Positions 52,301 through 64,000 of a DNA stretch of 64,000 nt are shown piece by piece. The stretch comes from Phoronis australis (Eukaryota; Animalia; Phoronida). Numbering within the stretch: position 1 is the stretch's first letter; each line of letters begins with the position of its first letter. The stretch spans positions 414,863 to 478,862 of the forward strand of contig NMRA01000035.1 of the NCBI GenBank assembly GCA_002633005.1. Reading direction: 5' to 3'. The notes beneath the pieces are model-generated. The model did no database searches. It was given only the letters and a program-made list of their open reading frames with translations, and was not told the origin of the DNA. The position numbers and the translations under genes are program-made.

Positions 52301-55300
52301 GTGAGTCTGTTACACGACAAGTCAACTTCTTGAAGCTGTAAGAAATGGCCATCTTCAGATCACATTGGACAATATGCACAATGCTGCTGCTGCTGGTGCT
52401 GCTGCTGCTGCTGATTGCAGAGATGCCATTAAGTTATGACTGGACCAAAATCATATGTGTGGATTCTTATGCAACGTAGGAAAGCTTTGAGTAAAGTACA
52501 GTAGTAATTATTAGTTTCAAAATAGTTGACAAAGTTTCTCCTGTTTAAAAAAAGGGGAACTTTCAAAGAAATATTTTGGGATAATTCATATCTTTAAGTG
52601 AAATTAGTGAGATACAGTCTTTTGTCCGCTTTCATTTTGGGTTTTTGCCATGACTCAGACAAAGCCATATGAAATTTTTGGGCAGTGCCAACCTATTTTG
52701 AAAACTTTTGTACAAAGCAAATCATATATTTTTTTGTTTGTGGCATATTTGCTTTCAATATTATTTTCCACAGCTCAGTAGCTGACTAAAGCTTCTACAT
52801 GGCTTAGTTAACACCAGATAACATTTCCTGTAGCGCAGCTATGAGTAAGCAATTTTGGTATTTCACCAAAAAGAGTCGTCTGCAATTAATGTCAGCAGTC
52901 GTCACGCTAACACAACCCACAAATCATTGGACAGATGACTTCTTCCTCCAACCATAAGATATGTCATTGAAAATACATGTTGTTGTTGAAGTCTGTACCA
53001 AGTTGCATACAACTTAAGACAACCTCCACTGGAAATGTTACATTCATAAATTAAACTGCGTCTGTGCAACACTTGCAACACTAATTTTTGGCCTCACTTT
53101 AAGGCTGACCTGCAGCCATTGCGCCTGGAAGATTTTTACAGCTTCCAAAACGCTACGAAGTACACAGGTCCTACTAATAGGAGATATATCAAAAATGCAT
53201 GATCAAGCACTCAAATTTTGTCATCCATCAGAAACCACTATTGATTTACGTTAAGCACAGAATGCGTACCTTTTTGCACCTGCCCAAGTCTGGGACTGTT
53301 CTGAGTCTGTTGCCAGCAGCATGTAATTCCTCCAGATTGGGCAGGCTATTAACGGCCTGCAAACATGAATGCACACTGGTTAGTGGCATGACAAGTGACT
53401 AAAGGGTTGTTGGATATACAAAGTCATACACTCCGCTCTGTTGTTGAATAAATATTTTCCAATGTAATTGTTAGCACTTCACAGTTTAGCAATAACTAAA
53501 ATATTATTATACAAATTATTCACTCACAAGTAATTGGTAATTATGTTTGATGTTCTTAGAGACCTTGAACTTTGCTAAAGTGAACTTGTAAATAGTTGTG
53601 TGGAGCATAACACTGAACTTCTGATGATAATTATCATTATTACTATATTATTAATTATTTGTTAATTCATGACATAATTTAGTTTTGATGATGAAAACAC
53701 TGTTTGTTGTGCTAAACATCAATGAACAGTAAAGCACTTTATATGGGGCTAGCCTTCCTGAGTGTATCATGAGAAGTATATTGCAGTCAATACGTAAATA
53801 TCCTATTCTTTGAGAGATTTTAGCTTGAAGGAATGACAGGCATGATTTTAGTGGTGACAGGGTTTGCTTCCATTAACTGCAAGACTCCTGCAAAAAATTG
53901 TAAGATCAATTTCCTAGTATGTAGAGTGCAGACCTAATGATGCACAGTTCATTTCAAACACTTCAATGTCAATCCATTTATTGAGGTCATGCATCAAGTA
54001 AACCTCGGTCAAAGATTACTGGAATTCTCATTGGTTCCCCAAACTGAGACAATGCGACTCACTGCTAAACTGTCCAGCTTGTTGTTACTGATGTCGAGGA
54101 CTGTAAGCACTCCACATGGCGCTAACTCTCCAGGATCAATCTTGAGCAGTAGATTGCAGTCAATACGTAGACTTTTTAATTTCTTGAGAGCTTTGAGATT
54201 TTTACCTGAAATAATGAATAATATTGAAATATAATCTATGAAGGATGTATAACAAAAGCGCACTTTTATTGTACAGAGCTATGGCAAGACGTTGTAGTCT
54301 CCAAACAATGTAATGGTCAAGAATCATCATGTTAGAAAATCTTGGATATGCACTATGCACGGTGACCCAGATCACCTGTAGAATAAACCTATGTAATTGA
54401 TTGGTCTTCTAAAAACTTCATCAAAATCAGTCAATGAATGCAATAAAAATGTAATATTCTTGGCAGAGGCAAATTTGAGTCTGAAGGTTAGCTAGGAGTG
54501 TATGTTAACTTTTCATGTGCACATTATAGGCTGGATTTCTTAGTTTCCACAATTTTGAGATACAGTTTACCAGTTGCTCAACATTGAATACAAAATAATT
54601 GAAATGTCCATGACGCTCTTTGAATTTATACGACACAGCCTCTTCAGTGTCTGGTAGAAAACTCAGTGTTCTCCACACTCAAAAATTCAAATAGGTCGCT
54701 TTTACAACCACTTTGAAAATTCATACAGTGGGCAGCTAGTGCATATCATAGCAAAAACACAAAAATGATACTTTTTTGTTCAAAATGAAAAAGAAAATCA
54801 ATTGTGTCACGTGTTATTTAAACAGGTCACAACAGGTCAAGGAGAACACCAATTTTATAACTTTATTCTTCACCAGGGCTCAAGAATACTGACATTTTGT
54901 ACTGTCTATCTCCCACGAGGTTGGACAAATTCTGGGTCAAGTCTTGAGTAAAAATTGGTACTGTCAAGCCAAGTATTATCAGTTTTATATTGTCAGTTAC
55001 TTGCTCGTGAGCAGGTCATATACTGGCCACACAACAATTTCAATCATTTCCATGGAGTAAATCTCCTGTGTTATAATACTATACACTAAGACACACAGAT
55101 GAGAAGATTGTCTCTCACTCACCAATGGTTTTTAACCTGTTATGCTGCAACTGTAAGTGGCAAAGTTGTTCCAGGTTATTGAGGTTTTCCAACACCTCTA
55201 TCCTGTTGTCATATAGTTTCAATTCCCGCAAGTCTGTGTTTGCATAGAGATTGTCGATCTTTCGTATCAAATTGGACGACAGGTCTAGCACTCTTAACTT

Positions 55301-58300
55301 GACAAACTAAAACAAAAGCCGATAGTAATGGATCTGTCAAAGCAAACTTAATTACCAGTGGGTGTCGTCCATGACACCTGTAACAAATAGAACATCAATC
55401 AATTGTGGACAACATTCACAGCTTAGTTCACAAAAAGAATTTTACTAATGAAGTAAGAATCACAATTTCTTAAGTACAATGCTTGTTGTATACGCATGTT
55501 CAAATTGGGCAAAACAATGCAAAATTAAGAATGAAGAAATAATGCAACACATAATGTTTAGTTAGCTATTTGTTTTAAGCAATGTTAAAAACCTATTTCT
55601 TTGAGAGATTAGGGATAAACCAATAAAAATCAACGCAATTAGTATTTTTATCTGTTAATTTTCGAAGAGTAACTGTACAGTAAAGTTTAGATATATGTGC
55701 AGAACACGACAATATGGTAAGCGCAGTTTATTTTTTTATCAACATTTCTCATCATAACTAAGATATTAATATTTTTTTTACTTTCTTTCCTAATACAGAA
55801 GTAAATTATCAACACAAGATCAAAGACAGAGCGTTTTAGAAATCATGCAGTGAAAAATAAAGGCCAACAAACAGCATTATTGCTTCTGGTCAGTGTTTTT
55901 TTAAGAAAATCGATGCAGTGATGCGCTATTTTATAATTGTCCACATGCTCAAAAAGAAGTCACCTGAGCTATCTGAAATGGGTCAGAATCCTACTTTTTT
56001 GCCTCCAGTCACCCAATGCCAGCTAAAATGGGTTGAGATAATTCTTTTTGCCCCCCAGCACCACCTGATGCCAGAGAAATGGATTGGTATCATTTTTCAT
56101 TTTATGCAACATCACCAGGCACATCACTTTAAGATCACAGCAGACCAGAACCAAGTACACTAGTCATTTGGTCTTACCGTAAGATCACAGATCACAGCCT
56201 ACCTTTTCAAGATTAGCTATGCTCCCAATGTGCTCACCACGAAGGTCCAGCTCATACACTTTACTAGGCTCTGTCTCCTGGGATCTTTCAAGCTGAAACA
56301 AAACGTCACTGTAAAGTGTACAGCAAAACACTTTTTAACAGTTATAGTACTTAATTAATTGGCAGCTTTAGCATCTGATAACCTCAGTTACTGATCAGAA
56401 GTACCAATCTTACAATTAGTAACTATTTAAGTCCCGGAACAACACACAAAAGAAATGTATAACTTCAGAAATTAAGTACATATTCAACAAAATTGTGCTT
56501 GGGAATGCTTTTAGCTTCCATTCGTACAGGATGAAACACATAATTCAGAAGAAATCACTTTCTAACGTGAAAGTGATTCGCTAAATAAGTTTCAATTAAA
56601 AAGCTGTTTGAAAAACAGTGGCTAAAACTGAAAATAATAGTAATTCCAACATAAACAAAGGAGCAAATCTGGCACCCAAAATACGCTTTTTGTTCAAACA
56701 GTATGATATAAAACTCACAATTTCTTTGAACTTAATCACCCGACCAGTATCTGCACTATCGTCATCAAATCCAGAAAAGCTGAGCGTAGAACTTGTGCGA
56801 ACATCATCAATCCCTCCACTAGTAGGCCTTCTGTACTGTTTAGATAAGCTACTCGCTGACTGTGGGGTCTCCACATTAACAAATTTGATGTCCTGGTCAG
56901 AGAACCCTTCATTGGCATTCACTGTATCCGCTCCAGAATGTTTTCGTGATTGTTTCGTTGACTTGGTTTTGGGAACCGAGTGAAGGGCTTTCACAGGTTG
57001 AGGGCGTTTACCACCAGATGAGGACCTGAAGATGTGTGTTAATAACTGTATTAATTTGCTATATTTACAAAGATAATTAGCTCTATATCACTGAATTCTT
57101 TCACTATCAAAAAAGGAGGCTGTCACCTCTGGCGAGTAATTTTCGAGCCCTTTTTGCACTTGTAAGATTTCTAAGTGTGCTCACTAGTTGTGTTTTAACT
57201 GTTAGTTGAAATATTGAACATCCTAGAGTGATTCATATGATTGACCATATGTGATAATATGTAAATTTTGTTGCGCATGCCAAAAAGTGGCACAATCTCA
57301 CGTGTGGGATGCAGGACAATTAAAGCTTCAAAAAGTGGGACGGTCCCATCGAAAGCGGGACAGTTGGCAAGTACACCATAGAATGAGACTGTCTCTGTGT
57401 TGTGTTACAACTACTACAGTACTATGATCATAGGCATCCTCAGCTTCTGATCGTCCCCAATACATTATATACACACTACAAGGTATGACACTCTGGACAA
57501 GGAATTCCATAGTGTTCCACGGAAATTACTGATGTGTCACGGTACGTCACGACATCAATAACAACACACAGACTCTTAGCCCAAAGCCCAAAAGACGGTA
57601 ACGGTCTCTGCTTAGCCAGACCATTTCGTAACCTTTCGTGATGAACCGGCAATTGTCATCCATCCGTTCATCATCGGATAATTCTGTACCAGTACGCATC
57701 TGCTTTTTGGGGAGAATTTTGTGCTTTGACCACAAATTTGCAGGACACTGTAAATGCTATCAGAAGAAAGAACAATTGCCCATGGTTTGTTGAACCCATT
57801 TTGTGCAAATTTCTTGAGTTTTGTGTTTGACATGGACGGCTGAAGAGAAGCACCTGTGGGATTCCTTGTCCCAAGTGTCATACCCTGTAGTATTATATAC
57901 AGTGTATTGCGGACAATCAGAAGCTGAGGACGTCTATCTATACGATGAATTTGTCGTCTGATTATGTTGCGAGTATCATTATTTTACGTAGAGTTTACAT
58001 GAAATTAGTAATCACTTAAAATAGAACATAACAAATACCCATCTCTGACCCAGATAACTCTGATGTTATGTGCTTCAGAGAACTTCTATTTACTACTGGG
58101 AAACTTATTTCCCGTACCCACAGCCCGGCTTAAGCCAAGGCAAGGGCAAGGCTCGGACAGGGCGCTCATCCTAACTTAAGTCTCAATCCTCAGGAAGTCA
58201 GGCTCAGGTGAAGCAGATAATTACACAAGTTCCAAGAAATACATCACATTATCACAACCTACCTCCCTTCTTGTAGATTTTTAGTTAATTTAAGTTTTTG

Positions 58301-58378
58301 GTTTGCAGCCGATTTTGGTGCTCCGTCAAGATCAGATCTTCCGGGCTTTGTGCCTGAACTGCGCGTTCTGGCACTCAT
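46337..58378 (-). CDS. SDS22-like leucine-rich repeat protein with LRRcap, 13 exons, ~539 aa
   Basis: Exons (minus): 58378-58263, 57025-56719, 56292-56203, 55306-55123 (LRVLDLSSNLIRKIDNL..LRELKLYDNRI), 54205-54063, 53356-53270 (LPNLEELHAAGNRL), 52335-52264, 51734-51679, 51044-50921, 48398-48264 (ELFISGNPVC..YHSDIQMLLPELDVLDG, LRRcap), 47765-47699, 47148-47067, 46493-46337. All are GT-AG, total 1620 nt, with an uninterrupted frame. Confidence 0.88.
49203..50660 (+). mobile_element. tRNA-derived SINE head split by a DNA transposon
   Basis: A-box half GGGGCGACAGTAGCTCAGCGGTAAGAGCACT.. (49203-49255) and B-box half GGGGTTCAATTCTC (about 50628-50641) flank the insertion. The acceptor stem cannot pair, so this is not a functional tRNA. 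Confidence 0.65.
49256..50625. mobile_element. Non-autonomous PIF/Harbinger-like element (~1.37 kb)
   Basis: TIR (T/G)GCCCGGTCTCCAATCTCCGTACTCAGAC at both ends, flanks CAG/CTG (3-bp CWG-type target), and many subterminal TACTCGA/TCGAGTA repeats. Confidence 0.78.
52382..52413. repeat. Short imperfect (CTG)n microsatellite, intronic
   Basis: TGCTGCTGCTGCTGGTGCTGCTGCTGCTGCTGA. Confidence 0.85.
57429..57938. mobile_element. Second, older copy of the foldback MITE family at 39854-40541, left arm partly deleted
   Basis: CATAGGCATCCTCAGCTTCTGATCG ... ATCAGAAGCTGAGGACGTCTAT. The right arm is colinear with about 40190-40541. The TSD is degenerate. Confidence 0.8.
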
Positions 58379-60353
58379 GCTCAGCAGAGATTTAGTCCTG
58401 ATCAAGTCGCTAAGACAGCCATTTTGGAATGTGTACTAACGACGCACCAAAAGTCGGTTTCGATTAAATTTGAATCGATAAACCAAAGCCTTGTAACATA
58501 ACTGCACATCCGAAATAATTTGTGTTAATCAAAGATGCTGCAAAAGTTCACCTACAAATGAAGAAAATCCAAATGGTGGAGAGAATTTGGCAAAAAGATA
58601 GTTTTCATAAAATCCGATAGATGACACTAGCTTACAGAGGTTGCCGAAGATCCCTGTCAATCTGAATGATCTTACTTGTGGTCTCAGTCGCGGCCGAACC
58701 CAGTGGTAGGTTAAGCGTAGTTGAAACTATGTAAAATCCTTGCGAAATTTCGTAAAATCGGATTCGGTAGAGTTTCGAATAGTTCCGTTTACTTTGACAG
58801 TTTTATAAATCCTCTGCGGCAACCATTTTTGGATAGCACTTTTAATTGTCCTGATTTAGGCGCCGCTTCTTAATCTTACACTACAGCGTTATGCAAGTGC
58901 AGCTGACGGTCCCCTCATTGCTCAACTGTTTGAGAGACAATTAGTGCTCAACGACTGTCATGTAGCAGTTTGTTTGTACGTGTACCCGGCATGCTCTTTA
59001 CTTATTAAGTTTACTGTATTTTAAGAAGTGTGTCAATTTATGATTTATCCTCTGACACGCGTCGATCGCCGATATGGAAAACTGAGATGAAAACGCATAT
59101 TGGCGGGCTTTGGCCAGTGCATCACGCACTGAAGGAAACCAAATCCCGTTTCAGCGAGTTTAGTCACCAGATAGCTGGTTCTGTCACCTGGGATGGATTA
59201 CATAAAACTTCAAAATTATCCACTGGATAAGTTTGATTGCTGCATGACGTCAGGTGCATTGTTCAACAATAACAAGGTGGCGCGTGATAATGCGACGTCA
59301 TTGTTGCTATACGGCATTTACCTTTCCTGCAACTTGAAACTGGTGATTGGTACCTCCCCTGAGCGATAAAAGCTTTAGTAACCGTAACACTTTCCCACTG
59401 TATCATAAATATGGTTTTGTGTACTAGCCGACCTTCAACTGTCGTCGTGTAACTTGCTTAAAGCGTTTGTCACGCGCAGGCTCCGTGACTTTCAAAGTTG
59501 CTTGGAACTAACAGAACTGAATAGCTAGAAATATACTGAATGTCATTTTCAATATATTTAAATGAATAAGTCGTATTTAGCATCTATTCATAGGCCAAGT
59601 GCGGATGAAGTGGCAGTAAACAGGGGAAGATTTAGTAATGCTATAACCTCGCCAACTAAAATCTAGCCAACATCACGTTCTCACATTAAAAATACGCGGC
59701 AACATATCAAGTAATCTCACGAAATCTTACTTTCTAACGAGGTCCTAGCGATACTGATCTCTACTGAAGTCTTCCATTACAAAACCTAAATTAATCTCAA
59801 GCTGTTGCTTGGTCAAATTGGAGGAGATTTCTGGGTTCCAAAAAAACAAACCGTTTGCCTACGCCCGAAGGCGGATCTACTAAGTGTTCAAACCCCCCGT
59901 TGGGACAAGACCAAAATTTAAAATCGAAAAAAATTTCAACAGAAAAACGAAATCAGCTACTAAAAACCACAACAAATCTTACAGTCTAAGGGGCAAACCC
60001 TTCCTTCTCCTCAGCGCTATGCGCCTCGGATTCCCTTGAATCCTAGGGTTTGTACGTTGAAAAATTTGGGTTTGTGGTAGTTATTGCCACCTCCACCAAA
60101 AAAAAATTCTAGAAAAACAAGACTAGCGTCGGCCACCATCAGCATGAACCGGTTGGACAATTCTTAGGTGTACCTGCCCATTTCATTCTAAACATGTCAA
60201 CCCTTTTGTCAAACATGAATAACGAAAACTATTTGCCTTTTCTCCCAAACACTTATGTTTGAAAACATGCTTTTTAGGGCAGCTCAGCAAAAATAACAAA
60301 ACACCATTCACCAGCTAAGACCGTTTATTTTTCGCATGTTTTTCACATAACAA

Positions 60354-63500
<3,147 letters not shown>

Positions 63501-64000
63501 TCACCTCATGTGTGGGCTAAAAACACAAAAATTGAACAATTCCGTTCAAAGAAGTCATGAAAACGTCTTCAACCAAAATGGGCAGTGGCGAATCCTAATC
63601 CAAGGGCTGGATTATTTTCTGCAAATTACATCTTCTGAACTGCCAAAGTTGGGTTATTCGTGTACCTTTCAAGTGTAAGTGGACACTGTTGGAGGTAACT
63701 AGAGTCTGTAAAATCTTTCTAGCTTGAAATATTCCTGCAATCAACCTTTGTTCCAAATAGTCTAGGATTCCGTCAACAAAATCACGAACTAGCCATTTTG
63801 GAAGAGATCATATCAGTGCGCATTAGAAAAAGGCCTCAACCGAAGATCAGCGACGTGACGATTCATTTACGTTCACAACGATAAAATTTTTCGTCTGTCA
63901 AAATAGCCCTGACCTTCGACCTGGTTATAAGGTCAAGGTTATGTTTGTATGCCCACTGCTGCAAGCACTGCAAAACTGACTACGGTAATCTGTTTAGATT

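Noticed and set aside
63780-63810. RPL10 start (CTCTTCC then AAAATGG on minus)
   Set aside because: This ATG reads MASS-stop, not MGRRPARC. The true first exon is outside the window.
63805-63885. Second C/D snoRNA in RPL10 intron (two CTGA boxes on minus)
   Set aside because: No canonical C box, and no rRNA or snRNA complementarity that I could recognise.

Overview
This is eukaryotic, AT-rich, intron-rich DNA from an animal draft assembly. A heterozygous marine invertebrate is my inference; the species cannot be determined. Four spliced genes were reconstructed by hand from GT/AG junctions and reading-frame phase: (1) an 11-exon SLC17A5/sialin-like anion transporter (minus, 5994-39087), with an in-frame TAG in exon 9; (2) TDP2 (plus, 39561-44716), head-to-head with it across about 470 bp; (3) a 13-exon SDS22-type LRR protein of about 539 aa (minus, 46337-58378); (4) RPL10 (minus, first coding exon outside the window), whose intron hosts a snR39B/SNORD2-type C/D snoRNA and a second structured RNA candidate. 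Two tandem duplications joined by Ns (9454-16341 and 26209-33578) look like uncollapsed haplotypes. They expose filled-versus-empty sites for Kolobok-type and ISL2EU-type THAP transposons, one holding a nested element with hairpins at both ends. Decayed LINEs (CR1/L2, L1/Tx1), a Penelope fragment, many MITEs and a degenerate TTAGGG array make up much of the rest. No CRISPR array or prokaryotic system is present.
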